Position numbers and translations under genes: made by a program. The notes under the pieces were generated by a model, which ran no database searches, had not been told where the DNA came from, and saw only the letters and a list, made by a program, of their open reading frames with translations. From Pedosphaera sp. (GTDB lineage Bacteria; Verrucomicrobiota; Verrucomicrobiia; Limisphaerales; Pedosphaeraceae), in the NCBI GenBank assembly GCA_028293325.1, contig JAQGPA010000138.1, positions 1 through 45,379 on the forward strand: a stretch of DNA of 45,379 nt, given 5' to 3'. Shown piece after piece: positions 1 through 9,004 of the stretch. Within the stretch, counting starts at the first letter, position 1, and every line of letters starts with the position of its first letter.

Positions 1-181
1 CACTTCAGGCCCAATGCCCGTGACGTCACCCAGAGAAATGCCAATCCAGCCAACCATATTTTTGTAGCCCAGGTCGAATGACCGAAATCAAGAACACACA
101 ACCAAACGCCTTTGCGCGTTGAAAAGATTCTTTGCCAACCAACATCGACGAATCACATCGCTCATCAAAAACCACCACCGA

Positions 182-232
182 CTTCCCTCACCCTCGCCCA
201 TCCGATGGGAGAGGGCCGGGGTGAGGGTCCCC
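182..232. repeat. partial copy of an intergenic repeat family (hairpin module ccctcaccc...gggagagggccggggtgaggg)
   Basis: gggagagggccggggtgagggt is shared with 3479-3500 and 8937-8960. The flanking cctcaccc/gggtgagg form an inverted repeat. Confidence 0.5.
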
Positions 233-275
233 GGTTCTTGTTGCCTTCGCTTCGCCGGTTAACCCGCTGCCCGGA

Positions 276-1238
276 TTAGAAGTAACGCACGAACGTCTTC
301 TTCTTCAGCCGGTCAATCCATTTCTGCTGCAAGCGGGAACTTTCCCGTATCATCAAAGTGTTCTCGATTTCATCCCGCAGCTCAGCCAGCGGCTTATTGT
401 GCGCCGCCTGCCGCTCTTCCAATAGCACCAAAAAGCATGCCTGCGGCGTCTCAATCACCTCCGTGTATTCACCCGGCTTGAGTTTGGCCAGCGGCTCCAC
501 CAACGCCGTGTTCAGCACCTTGACCTCCTGCCACCCGTTCTCACCCCCTTGCGCGCGACCGGAACCATCCGAATAAACTGTCGCCATCTCCGCAAAAGCC
601 GCGCCGCCCTTGATCTGCAACAAAATTTCCTCCGCCCGCTTCTTGGCCGCGCCAGCCTCGTCCGACGTCAATTGGTTTAGCACAATGATCCGCGTCTTCA
701 CCTGGTCCGCCACTTTGTAATCCTCCAGATGTTCCTGGTAATAGACCTCAATTTTGTGCGGGGAAATAATCGGCTCCGGCACAAACTTATGCGTCATTTC
801 CTTGATGATCAGCGTGTCGCGCACCTGCTTGCGGAAAGTCTCATACGACATCCCTTCCTCCTGCAATTGCTTCGTAAACGCCACCCGGTCCGAAAACTTC
901 TCATGAATTTTATCCTGCACATATTCATCGATGATCGACTCCGGAATGTTAAACCCCGACGTGTGAAAATCGTGCAGAATCAATTCCCGTTGCAGCAACG
1001 TATCCATCGCATTGGTCACCATCCGCCCCATTTGCCGCTGATACTCGGCCGGTCGGGTCCGATACTCCTTCCGCAAATAATCCTCGGTTTGCGCCGTAAA
1101 TACCTCCACCTGCTGGTAAGTGACGAGCGCATCACTGACAATCACCTGGATGCCATCCGCCAATTCGGCGTGCAAACGCAATTCCGGGACGCTCACCAGA
1201 ACCGCAACCAACAACAGCCGCTTAAAAAAAGTTCTCAT
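276..1238 (-). CDS. SurA-like periplasmic peptidyl-prolyl cis-trans isomerase (parvulin/PpiC-type) with N-terminal signal peptide
   Basis: 320-aa ORF. Hydrophobic signal-like N-terminus (LLLVAVLVSVPELRLHA). SurA_N-like chaperone region followed by a PpiC rotamase-like region (RIIVLNQL...AEEILLQIKGGAAFAEMATVYSDGSGRAQGGENGW). TAA stop. Confidence 0.7.
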   Translation of the reverse strand: MRTFFKRLLLVAVLVSVPELRLHAELADGIQVIVSDALVTYQQVEVFTAQTEDYLRKEYRTRPAEYQRQMGRMVTNAMDTLLQRELILHDFHTSGFNIPESIIDEYVQDKIHEKFSDRVAFTKQLQEEGMSYETFRKQVRDTLIIKEMTHKFVPEPIISPHKIEVYYQEHLEDYKVADQVKTRIIVLNQLTSDEAGAAKKRAEEILLQIKGGAAFAEMATVYSDGSGRAQGGENGWQEVKVLNTALVEPLAKLKPGEYTEVIETPQACFLVLLEERQAAHNKPLAELRDEIENTLMIRESSRLQQKWIDRLKKKTFVRYF

Positions 1239-1315
1239 GCAACAGATATCACCAGATTACGGATTCCACCCCGCCCGGTCAAGCACCGCCCATCTCCTCC
1301 GCCCTCAATCTTTTC

Positions 1316-1425
1316 CCCTCGTCCTCGTCGTCGTCCTCGCTCATGGTTCGGAGTTCAAGCTTTGGCCTGCCCAAACCGCGCTCACCCGTCCGCCGTCTTG
1401 TCCGCCATAGCCTTGGCGAAGGCAG
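1316..1425. repeat. partial copy of the intergenic repeat family (modules ggagttcaagctt and cccgtccgcc...gtccgccatagccttggcgaagg), plus the tcctcgtcgtcgtcctcg motif
   Basis: ggagttcaagctt (1350-1362) is shared with 3307-3319 and 8648-8660 (ggagtccaagctt). gtccgccatagccttggcga is shared with 3526-3546 and 8910-8930. tcgtcctcgtcgtcgtcctcg recurs at 2799-2822. Confidence 0.55.
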
Positions 1426-1501
1426 ATCGTCGATCCCTTCTCCCCAAATTGGCTCTACCCAACGCCTTCCCCCTCCCGCCGGACCGGGGAAACACCCACA
1501 C

Positions 1502-1529
1502 TTGACGCCCTCCACCGCTCTGTTAGGGT
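1502..1529 (+). promoter_or_regulatory. candidate sigma70-type promoter (TTGACG - 16 nt - TAGGGT) for the leader peptide / DAHP synthase transcript
   Basis: TTGACG at 1502-1507 and TAGGGT at 1524-1529 read directly from sequence. The match to consensus is weak and untested. Confidence 0.25.
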
Positions 1530-1537
1530 TTGCCATA

Positions 1538-1624
1538 ATGAATTCGAGCCGCCTTTACTTTAAAAGCTGCTTTGCGGGCTGGTTTTACTTCAGCCCGGTA
1601 AGCTGGCGTGTGCGGCTGCGCTAG
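1538..1624 (+). CDS. 28-aa aromatic-rich leader peptide MNSSRLYFKSCFAGWFYFSPVSWRVRLR (putative attenuation leader for the downstream DAHP synthase)
   Basis: ATG 1538 lies 9 nt after AGGG. 8 of 28 residues are Phe/Tyr/Trp. The WFYF codons (1580-1591) lie in hairpin 1. The TAG stop at 1622-1624 is 22 nt upstream of an intrinsic terminator. The gene downstream encodes the first enzyme of aromatic amino acid synthesis. Confidence 0.45.
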   Translation: MNSSRLYFKSCFAGWFYFSPVSWRVRLR

Positions 1625-1673
1625 ACACCGAGAAATCTCAACCCAGCCGCAGGTCGCCACCTGCGGTTTTTTT
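1574..1673 (+). promoter_or_regulatory. attenuator RNA: hairpin 1 (1575-1581 / 1591-1597), possible antiterminator (1611-1618 pairs 1644-1651), terminator (1646-1654 / 1659-1666 + U7)
   Basis: Complementary segments read directly: cgggctg/cagcccg; tgcggctg/cagccgca; gccgcaggt/acctgcgg followed by ttttttt. The antiterminator and terminator are mutually exclusive because they share 1646-1651. Confidence 0.5.
1646..1673 (+). terminator. rho-independent terminator (8-bp GC stem, 4-nt loop, 7 U) immediately upstream of the DAHP synthase start
   Basis: ccgcaggt cgcc acctgcgg ttttttt. Confidence 0.6.
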
Positions 1674-1708
1674 GTGGAGACCGTGGCAGATTCGAACAAA
1701 TAGAAGTT

Positions 1709-2728
1709 ATGATTATTGTCCTTAAACCGAACATCTCGAAGAAAGACGAAGCTGCTGTCCTTAAGGAAATCAAGAAGCTCGGCTACAAACCGCATATCAT
1801 GCGCGGCGTCGCCCGCACCGTCATCGGCGCCATTGGCGACGAATTGACCCACCAATCCCTGGAAAGTCTCCCCAGCAACTTCCCCACGATCATCGAGAGC
1901 GTCATGCCGGTGCAAAAGCGCTACAAACTCGTCAGCCGCGAGGCCCATCCCGCCAATTCCACCGTGGACGTCCGCGGCCACCTCATCGGCGGCAAAAAAA
2001 TTCAGATCATGGCTGGCCCCTGCTCGGTTGAGAGCGAGAAGCAATTGCTCACCACCGCCCATGCCGTCAAGGCCGCCGGTGCCACCATCCTGCGCGGCGG
2101 TGCCTTCAAGCCCCGCACTTCCCCCTACGAATTTCAGGGTCTCGGCCTCAAAGGCTTGAAACTCCTCGACAAAGCCCGTCGCGAAACCGGCCTCGGCATC
2201 ATCACCGAATTACTCTCAGAAGATCACGCGGAAATGGTCGCCGAATTCACCGACATCATTCAAATCGGCGCCCGCAACTCCCAGAACTTCCAGTTGCTCA
2301 TCGCCGCCGCCAAGACCGGCAAACCCGTCCTCCTCAAGCGCGGCCTCTCCATGCGCATCGAGGAATGGCTCCTCGCCGGCGAATACGTCCTCTCCAACAA
2401 CAACCCGAACCTCATGTTCTGCGAACGCGGCATCCGCACCTTCGAGACCTACACCCGCAACACGCTCGATCTCTCCACCATTCCCATCATCAAGAAGGAA
2501 TCGCACTCGCCCATCGTCATCGACCCCAGCCAGGGCGCCGGTCGCGCTGACCTCGTCCTCGCCATGTGCAAAGGCTCCATCGCCATGGGTGCCGACGCCC
2601 TGTTGATTGAAGTCCATCCCAACCCGGCCGAAGCCTGGAGCGACGGCGCGCAACAAGTCTCCATCGAACTCTTCGGCAAACTGATGCGCGAACTCAAGCC
2701 CTTCATCGCCGCCGCCGGCCGCGAATAA
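1709..2728 (+). CDS. 3-deoxy-7-phosphoheptulonate (DAHP) synthase, class I-beta (KDO8P-synthase-like fold with N-terminal ferredoxin-like regulatory domain)
   Basis: 339 aa. N-terminal ~70-aa ACT/ferredoxin-like domain (MIIVLKPNISKKDEAAVLKEIKKLGYKPH) followed by a DAHPS/KDOPS catalytic barrel (GPCSVES, KPRTSPYEFQGLG, IGARNSQNF, CERGIRTFE, DPSQGAG). Length and layout match the Thermotoga-type AroG. TAA stop. Confidence 0.9.
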   Translation: MIIVLKPNISKKDEAAVLKEIKKLGYKPHIMRGVARTVIGAIGDELTHQSLESLPSNFPTIIESVMPVQKRYKLVSREAHPANSTVDVRGHLIGGKKIQIMAGPCSVESEKQLLTTAHAVKAAGATILRGGAFKPRTSPYEFQGLGLKGLKLLDKARRETGLGIITELLSEDHAEMVAEFTDIIQIGARNSQNFQLLIAAAKTGKPVLLKRGLSMRIEEWLLAGEYVLSNNNPNLMFCERGIRTFETYTRNTLDLSTIPIIKKESHSPIVIDPSQGAGRADLVLAMCKGSIAMGADALLIEVHPNPAEAWSDGAQQVSIELFGKLMRELKPFIAAAGRE

Positions 2729-2794
2729 TTTCGCATCAATCCATTCTCCTCCCTCGCCCCGCTCCAAGTGGGGCGGGGGACCTCAATCTTCTCT

Positions 2795-2950
2795 GATCGT
2801 CCTCGTCGTCGTCCTCGTCCTCGATCCTTTCCGCTTCAATGCAAGAACCGAACGCGAGCACAGAAGGCATCGAACGGCCAAAACCTGATTACGCCTTCCG
2901 TCTCCCTCTCCGCGTCCCGGCGTACTTGGCCGGGATGGGGAAAGGGTACG
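2795..2950. repeat. degenerate copy of the intergenic repeat family
   Basis: tttccgcttcaatgcaagaaccga resembles tttattccgcttcacctcaatcacaaccga (3371-3400). ccgggatggggaaagggtacggggtgagg resembles ccgatgggagagggccggggtgaggg. The tcgtcctcgtcgtcgtcctcg motif recurs here too. Confidence 0.4.
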
Positions 2951-3042
2951 GGGTGAGGTGCCACAACAAAATTCTCCCCCCGTCCGCTTCCCCCCATTCC
3001 AATCCCCCTTGAGCTTTTCCCCCGACACGCTATTTTCACCCC

Positions 3043-3270
3043 ATGCCGATTTACGAATTCCAATGCGGGAAATGTAAAAAAGAGAGTGAAATCCTCGTCC
3101 GCTCCAGCCAATGGGAAGGCACCCCTTGCCCGCACTGCGGCTCCACCAACCTGACCAAGAAACTCTCCGTCTTCGCCTCCAGCGCCGGCAACGATGACTC
3201 CGGCCCCTCCTGCAGCGGCACCCCCAGTTCCTGCGGCAAATGCGGCACCGGCAAACCGCACTCCCACTAA
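3043..3270 (+). CDS. FmdB-family zinc-ribbon protein (CxxC...CxxC, putative regulatory)
   Basis: 75 aa with MPIYEFQCGKCKK...CPHCGS followed by a Ser/Gly/Cys-rich tail, typical of FmdB/CxxC_CxxC_SSSS proteins. Confidence 0.7.
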   Translation: MPIYEFQCGKCKKESEILVRSSQWEGTPCPHCGSTNLTKKLSVFASSAGNDDSGPSCSGTPSSCGKCGTGKPHSH

Positions 3271-3295
3271 AATAATTAGTATTTAATCCTCCCGC

Positions 3296-3600
3296 GCCTC
3301 CTGGTTTGGAGTTCAAGCTTCAGCTTGTCCCCGCCTCGCCCCGCGCCAGCGGGAAGAAGGGCGCGCGGAATTTATTCCGCTTCACCTCAATCACAACCGA
3401 TGAGCTAACACTCGCAAGCCACGCTTTGCCACCCAACGCAATCCACTCCCCCAGTGACCCGTGCGGAAGCACTCGGACGGGAGAGGGCCGGGGTGAGGGT
3501 TCCGAAATTCTCCAATTCCGCCTTGTCCGCCATAGCCTTGGCGACGGTGGAACTCCGAATTCTACACTCCGAATTTGAATGCCCCGTGCGGAAGCACCTT
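3296..3600. repeat. near full-length copy (~300 bp) of the modular intergenic repeat element
   Basis: Contains all modules: ggagttcaagctt; gcgggaagaagggcgcgcggaatttattccgcttcacctcaatcac; gacccgtgcggaagcactcggacgggagagggccggggtgagggt; gtccgccatagccttggcga; and a second ccccgtgcggaagcacc. It aligns along its length with 8636-8962. Confidence 0.6.
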
Positions 3601-3659
3601 TTCCCACCTTCGTGATCTTCGTGGTGAAAATCCATCCCCCCTTGGCCGTGCGCAAGCAC

Positions 3660-4340
3660 CTACTGTAAACAAAGTTCCCGCGCCTTCACCTTCTGCAAAT
3701 CCGTCACTGCCCAATCCGGCTTGTGCGCCTTCAATTCCGCCAGCGTGGAACCGCCTGTCGCCACTGCCAGCACCCGCGCGTCAATCGCCCGCCCGCATTT
3801 AATATCCAGCGGCGTGTCGCCAATCACCACGATCTCATCCCCGCGCAAATTCTGCTGCAACAAATTCGCCCCCCGTTCCCGCGCCACAAAAGCAATCTGG
3901 TTGCGATCCTCATGGTCATCCGCAAATGCCCCGGTCGTGAAAAATTCCCACAGATTGAAACGACGCAGCTTGATCTCCGCCCCCAGCCGGATGTTCCCCG
4001 TCAACAGCCCGATGGTCGGCGGTTGCGGCAACCGTTGCAGTTCGTAAATAAGCCGCCAGACACCCGGACAAATCTCCCCGGTGGCAAACGATAGCATGTG
4101 ATCCAGCCAATAGACGTAGCAGTCGAAAAATTGGCGGAAATTCTCCGGCGTCGGCGCGATGCCATGCTTGAGGAAAAACTCCCGTGCCAGCCCGGTGTCG
4201 GTGCGCCCCGCGAAGTTGACGCTCTCGGTCAATTCCGGCACCTGAAATTGCGTCGCCAACGCACGCCCAAAAGCCCTGACACCCGCCCCGGCCGTGTGAA
4301 TCAACGTCCCGTCAATATCAAATAATACCAGCCTGACCAT
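3660..4340 (-). CDS. HAD-superfamily hydrolase (phosphoglycolate phosphatase-like)
   Basis: 226 aa. Motif I VLFDIDGTL at the N-terminus, motif III/IV (IGDTPLDIKCGRAIDARV). TAG stop. Confidence 0.75.
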   Translation of the reverse strand: MVRLVLFDIDGTLIHTAGAGVRAFGRALATQFQVPELTESVNFAGRTDTGLAREFFLKHGIAPTPENFRQFFDCYVYWLDHMLSFATGEICPGVWRLIYELQRLPQPPTIGLLTGNIRLGAEIKLRRFNLWEFFTTGAFADDHEDRNQIAFVARERGANLLQQNLRGDEIVVIGDTPLDIKCGRAIDARVLAVATGGSTLAELKAHKPDWAVTDLQKVKARELCLQ

Positions 4341-4468
4341 TCGTGAACAAAAATATCATTTGCCCGACGGTTTGCAATGCAATCCCGAAACCCGCGCCAT
4401 TTTTCGCCGCCACCGCCACCACGCCAAATCCGCAACCACCTCCCGCCCAACTTCGCCTTGCTCTTGGC

Positions 4469-4498
4469 TTGCGCCCACCTCCGTCCGCACCTTAAAAT
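4469..4498 (+). promoter_or_regulatory. candidate promoter for dnaE (TTGCGC - 18 nt - TAAAAT), implying a near-leaderless transcript
   Basis: Hexamers read from sequence. The dnaE ATG at 4505 is only ~7 nt after the -10 element. Speculative. Confidence 0.25.
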
Positions 4499-4504
4499 CA
4501 ACTC

Positions 4505-7500
4505 ATGTCACATGCTGACTTTGTCCATTTGCACCTGCACACCGAGTTTTCCCTGCTCGATGGTGCCTGCCGCCTTGACCGGCTCATGGACAAAGCCCAC
4601 GAACTTAAACTCCCTGCCCTCGCCATCACCGACCACGGCGTGCTCTATGGCGCAATTGATTTTTACAAGGCCGCGCGCGAAAAAGGCATCAAGCCCATCA
4701 TCGGCTGCGAAGTTTACGTGGCCCCCGGCAGCCGGTTCGACAAAAAGAGCAATAACGGCGGTCGCGACGTCTATAACCATCTCGTCCTGCTCGCCAAGGA
4801 TGAAACCGGCTACAAAAACCTCATCAAACTGGCCACCGCCGCCCATTTGGAGGGCTACTATTACAAGCCGCGCATCGATAAGGAACTGCTCGCCGCCCAC
4901 AAGGAAGGCCTCATTGCGCTCTCCGGCTGTCTCGCCAGCGAAATCCCGGAAAATATTCTCAAGGATCAGTTGCCCAAGGCCCGCGAATCACTCGATTGGT
5001 TCAAGCAAACGCTCGGCGCGGAAAATTTCTACCTCGAATTGCAGAACCACGGCATTCCGGAACAGGCCAAGGTCAATCGCCAGTTGATCCCCTGGGCCAA
5101 GGAGTTCGGCCTGAAACTCGTTGCCTCCAACGACGTCCATTACGTCGAGCAGGGCAACTCCCACGCGCACGACTGCCTCATCTGCATCGGCACGCAGGCG
5201 ATGCTCGCCGACACCAAGCGCATGACCTATGTGCCGGAGCAATTCTATCTGCGCTCCGCCGCCGAGATGAAGGCCCGTTTCAGCGAAACGCCCGAGGCCG
5301 TGCAAAATACCTTGGAAGTCGCGGAAAAATGCAACCTCGAGATCGAGTTTAACAAGCTCCATTACCCCGTCTTCCACCCGCCCGAGCATTTCACCCGTGA
5401 AGGTTTTCTCCGTCAACTGCTCGCGGAAGGCCTGCATCGCCGTTACACCATTCAGGCGGAAGCAAAAGGCCAGGAATTCATCATCACGTCCATTGCAGAT
5501 CCCACGCGACTGCCGACGTATCAAGCGCCGAATGAACCACCCCCTGCCAGCGGCTATGACCTTAACCATCCCGCCCTCGCCGCCGCCATCAAGGTGGTCA
5601 TCGACCGTTTACAGGTTGAACTCACGGTCATCGAAAAAACCGGTTTCATCTCCTACTTCCTCATCGTCGCGGATTTCATTCGTTATGGACGGGAAAAGGG
5701 CATCTCCTGCGTGGCTCGTGGTTCCGCCGCCGGTTCGCTTGTCACCTATCTACTCGACATCGCCAACGTGGACCCGATCCGTTACGGCCTCCTTTTCGAG
5801 CGCTTCCTGAATCCCGAACGCGTCAACCCGCCCGATATCGACATCGACTTCGCCGACGACCGCCGCGCCGATGTCATCGAATACGTCCGCAAAAAATACG
5901 GCAACGATTCCGTTGCCCAGATCGTGACCTTCGGCACGATGGGCGCCAAGTCCGTCGTGCGCGATGTCGGCCGCGTCATGGGCTTGAGCTACGGCGAATG
6001 CGACCGCCTGGCCAAGATGATCCCGACCGATTTGAAGATGGACTTGGCCAAGGCGCTGAAACAATCGCCGGAGCTCAAGACCGCTTACGACACCGAGGAA
6101 GTCACCCGCGAATTGATCGATACCGCTTTCGTGCTTGAGGACATCACTCGCAATGCCTCGGTCCACGCCGCCGGCGTCGTCATCGGCGATCAACCGCTCG
6201 TCAATCTGCTCCCGCTTAAGGTGGACGAGGACGGCACCCTGGTCACGCAATACGCGATGAACCCGGTCGGCGAACTCGGCCTGCTCAAAATGGATTTCCT
6301 CGGGTTGAAGACCCTGACCGTCATCCGCAACACCTGCGAGATGGTCAAGGCCACCAAGGGCATCGATGTCCCCATCGACAATCTGCCGCTCGATGACGCC
6401 AAGACCTACGACCTCCTGAATCACGCCCAGACGCTTGGCGTGTTCCAATTGGAATCCAGCGGGATGCGCGATTTGTGCCGCAAGTTTCAAATCAGCTCCG
6501 TCGAACACATCACGGCGTTGATCGCGCTCTACCGTCCCGGCCCGATGGACCTGATTCCAGAATTCATCAAACGCCGCCACGGCGAGGTGAAAATCGAATA
6601 CGAACACGCCTTGCTCGAACCGATTTGCCGCGAGACCTATGGCATCATGGTTTATCAGGAGCAGGTCATGCAAGCCACCCAGGTGCTGGCCGGCTACACG
6701 CTCGGCGGCGCTGATTTGTTGCGCCGCGCCATGGGCAAGAAAAAAGTCGAGGAAATGCAGAAGCAGCGCGACACCTTCGTGAAGGGTTGCGCCAAAACGA
6801 ACGGCATCGCCGCCGGCAAGGCCAACCAGATTTTCGATTTGCTGGAAAAATTCGCCGGTTACGGCTTCAACAAGTCGCACGCCGCCGCCTACGCCATCGT
6901 CGCCTATCAAACGGCCTATCTAAAGGCGAATTACCCCGTCGAGTTCCTCAGCGCCATGATGACGAACGACATGGGCGACACCAAGAAACTCGGCGAGTTC
7001 ATCAACGAAGCGCGCGTCATGAGCATCGAAGTGCTCCCGCCTGACGTCAACGAAAGTCAGATCGTCTTCGCCCCCGCGCGCAACGGCCAGGTCATCCGCT
7101 TCGGCATGGCCGCCATCAAAGGTGTGGGCGAAATCGCCGTCCAAAGCATTCTCGACGCCCGCAAACTGGCCGGCGAATTTAACACTCTCGCCAACCTCTG
7201 CGAACGCGTCGATATCCGCACCGTCAACCGCAAAGCCCTGGAAGCTCTCATCAAATCCGGCGCGTGCGACACCTTCAAGGAAACCCGCGCCACTTTGTTC
7301 GCGCAGATTGACCGCACGTTGACCCGCGCCGCCGGCATCATTCAGGATCGCCAGCGCGGCCAAAGTTCCATGTTCGGCATGCTCGAGGAAAAGACCGAGC
7401 ACAAGCCGGAGACCATCGCCAAACTGCCCGAATGGCCGCAGCACGAACTGCTCGCCGCCGAAAAAGAATTGCTCGGCTTCTACGTCACGGGCCATCCGCT

Positions 7501-8140
7501 CACGCCTTACGCGCCGTTGCTCCAGAAATACGCGCTCACGAACACCGCCGGGCTCGCGGCCCTGCCTAATCGCAGTCTGACCCGCATCGGCGGCTTGGTC
7601 GCGGTGGTGCAACACGGCGTTTCCAAAAAGAGCAACAAGCCTTACGCCATGGTCACGCTCGAGGATCTCGAAGGCTCCGTGCAGATCCTCTGCATGAACG
7701 AGAATTACGACAAATACCGCGAACTGCTGCAACTGAACAAAGCCATCCTGGTCGTGGCCGAGGTCAATACCGGCGACGACAAACCAAAACTCTTTCCGCA
7801 GGAAATGATGCCGCTGGAGGATGCGCCCCGCAAATACACCAAGCAGGTCCATTTCCGCCTCCACACCGGCCGCCTCGAACCCGACAATATCCTCTCCGTG
7901 CAGGAACTGGCGCTCGCTTACCCCGGTAAATGTCCCCTGTTCCTTTGCCTCACCCGCCCCACCGGCGAGATAATCTTTATCGAGACCCACGAGAAATTCT
8001 CCGTGGCTCCCTCCATGAAATTGCAGCAGGCCGCCGACGAACGTTTCGGCAACGAAACCTATTACGCCAAGGTGGACACCGCCTTACCCGAACGCACTCC
8101 GCGCCATTGGGAACAACGCCGTGGCAATGGCGACGATTAA
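4505..8140 (+). CDS. dnaE: DNA polymerase III subunit alpha
   Basis: 1211 aa. N-terminal PHP domain ([22 protein letters not shown]). Polymerase core and fingers ([22 protein letters not shown]). OB-fold C-terminal region. TAA stop. Confidence 0.97.
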   Translation: MSHADFVHLHLHTEFSLLDGACRLDRLMDKAHELKLPALAITDHGVLYGAIDFYKAAREKGIKPIIGCEVYVAPGSRFDKKSNNGGRDVYNHLVLLAKDETGYKNLIKLATAAHLEGYYYKPRIDKELLAAHKEGLIALSGCLASEIPENILKDQLPKARESLDWFKQTLGAENFYLELQNHGIPEQAKVNRQLIPWAKEFGLKLVASNDVHYVEQGNSHAHDCLICIGTQAMLADTKRMTYVPEQFYLRSAAEMKARFSETPEAVQNTLEVAEKCNLEIEFNKLHYPVFHPPEHFTREGFLRQLLAEGLHRRYTIQAEAKGQEFIITSIADPTRLPTYQAPNEPPPASGYDLNHPALAAAIKVVIDRLQVELTVIEKTGFISYFLIVADFIRYGREKGISCVARGSAAGSLVTYLLDIANVDPIRYGLLFERFLNPERVNPPDIDIDFADDRRADVIEYVRKKYGNDSVAQIVTFGTMGAKSVVRDVGRVMGLSYGECDRLAKMIPTDLKMDLAKALKQSPELKTAYDTEEVTRELIDTAFVLEDITRNASVHAAGVVIGDQPLVNLLPLKVDEDGTLVTQYAMNPVGELGLLKMDFLGLKTLTVIRNTCEMVKATKGIDVPIDNLPLDDAKTYDLLNHAQTLGVFQLESSGMRDLCRKFQISSVEHITALIALYRPGPMDLIPEFIKRRHGEVKIEYEHALLEPICRETYGIMVYQEQVMQATQVLAGYTLGGADLLRRAMGKKKVEEMQKQRDTFVKGCAKTNGIAAGKANQIFDLLEKFAGYGFNKSHAAAYAIVAYQTAYLKANYPVEFLSAMMTNDMGDTKKLGEFINEARVMSIEVLPPDVNESQIVFAPARNGQVIRFGMAAIKGVGEIAVQSILDARKLAGEFNTLANLCERVDIRTVNRKALEALIKSGACDTFKETRATLFAQIDRTLTRAAGIIQDRQRGQSSMFGMLEEKTEHKPETIAKLPEWPQHELLAAEKELLGFYVTGHPLTPYAPLLQKYALTNTAGLAALPNRSLTRIGGLVAVVQHGVSKKSNKPYAMVTLEDLEGSVQILCMNENYDKYRELLQLNKAILVVAEVNTGDDKPKLFPQEMMPLEDAPRKYTKQVHFRLHTGRLEPDNILSVQELALAYPGKCPLFLCLTRPTGEIIFIETHEKFSVAPSMKLQQAADERFGNETYYAKVDTALPERTPRHWEQRRGNGDD

Positions 8141-8146
8141 CCATTT

Positions 8147-8617
8147 ATGGGGCCGCTTAAAATTTCAAATGAACCCGGCCCGAACGGTCGCCAAGGCGTC
8201 TGGGTAAAATTCGACGTCGGCGCGGAATCCACATTCGTTCCTTGCGAAGATTGGGTCGGCGTGGATTTGGACGGCACGCTCTCCCGCACCGACAACCCCG
8301 GTCATTTCGAGCCGCCTTATCCGCTCGGCGAACCGGTTCTGTCGATGGTGGAAATGGTCAAGAGCCTCCTCGCTGCCGGCGTGACCGTAAAAATCTTTTC
8401 CGCGCGCGCCTGTGAACCGGAAAACATTCCCCTCATTCAAGCCTGGGCGGAACGCCACGGCCTCGGCCGTCTGGAAGTCACCAACATGAAAGACTTCGGT
8501 CTCATCCGCTTCTACGACGACCGCGCCATCCAGATTCATCCCAACCTCGGCCTCTCCATCGCCGCCTCGCTGAACGCTTCTTCCCAAGCCCCGACCCAGC
8601 AATTTTATACGCGGTAA
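8147..8617 (+). CDS. small HAD-like phosphatase-fold protein (DxDGT motif; PNK-phosphatase / 5-prime-nucleotidase-like), function unknown
   Basis: 156 aa. VGVDLDGTLS motif I; the ATG is 7 nt after the dnaE stop. The assignment rests on a single motif, so confidence is modest. Confidence 0.45.
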   Translation: MGPLKISNEPGPNGRQGVWVKFDVGAESTFVPCEDWVGVDLDGTLSRTDNPGHFEPPYPLGEPVLSMVEMVKSLLAAGVTVKIFSARACEPENIPLIQAWAERHGLGRLEVTNMKDFGLIRFYDDRAIQIHPNLGLSIAASLNASSQAPTQQFYTR

Positions 8618-8635
8618 CGCAACCGCAGCCCCGCC

Positions 8636-8962
8636 GCCTCCGAGTTCGGAGTCCAAGCTTTAGCTTGTCCCCCAACCACCATCCCATCCGCAACAAAAGC
8701 AATCCGCCGCCGCCCGACGGGCCTGTGAGCTCCCAGAATCCCAAAATTTGCCAACGGTTATCCCCCGCCCCGCTTAAGCGGGAAGAAGGGAGCGCGGAAT
8801 TTATTCCGCTTCACCTTAATCACGACCGACAAGCAGAAACTTGCAAACCCCGTATCACCACCCGGCGCATCCCTTTTCCCTCTATGACCCGTGCGGACCC
8901 GTCCGCCGTAGCCTTGGCGAAGGGGGAAGCACTCCGACGGGAGAGGGCCGGGGTGAGGGTCA
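8636..8962. repeat. second near full-length copy of the modular intergenic repeat element (with a ~100-bp insertion relative to the 3296-3600 copy)
   Basis: ggagtccaagctttagcttgtcccc; gcgggaagaagggagcgcggaatttattccgcttcaccttaatcac; gacccgtgcgga; cccgtccgccgtagccttggcgaagg; gaagcactccgacgggagagggccggggtgagggt. Confidence 0.6.
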
Positions 8963-9004
8963 TCAAACACTCGTCCCGGTTGCATTTAGATTTCTTTATA
9001 TGTG

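Noticed and set aside
1676-1700. tRNA-like T-loop motif (minus-strand GTTCGAATC) just upstream of the DAHP synthase gene
   Set aside because: The flanking bases cannot form a T-stem or an acceptor stem, and no cloverleaf can be drawn. It is a coincidental match.
2745-2790. possible terminator hairpin after the DAHP synthase gene (cgcccc...ggggcg)
   Set aside because: The short stem is not followed by a U-tract, and the region merges into a repeat-element copy. It is not convincing as an intrinsic terminator.
3320-3655. 111-aa and 84-aa minus-strand ORFs, and the 8665-9096 / 8758-8985 ORFs in the same style, inside the intergenic repeat elements
   Set aside because: They lie entirely within the repeated non-coding elements. 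The apparent shared peptides (KRNKFRAPFFPL, SPRLWRTRR) are a consequence of nucleotide repetition. Frame is not conserved between copies.
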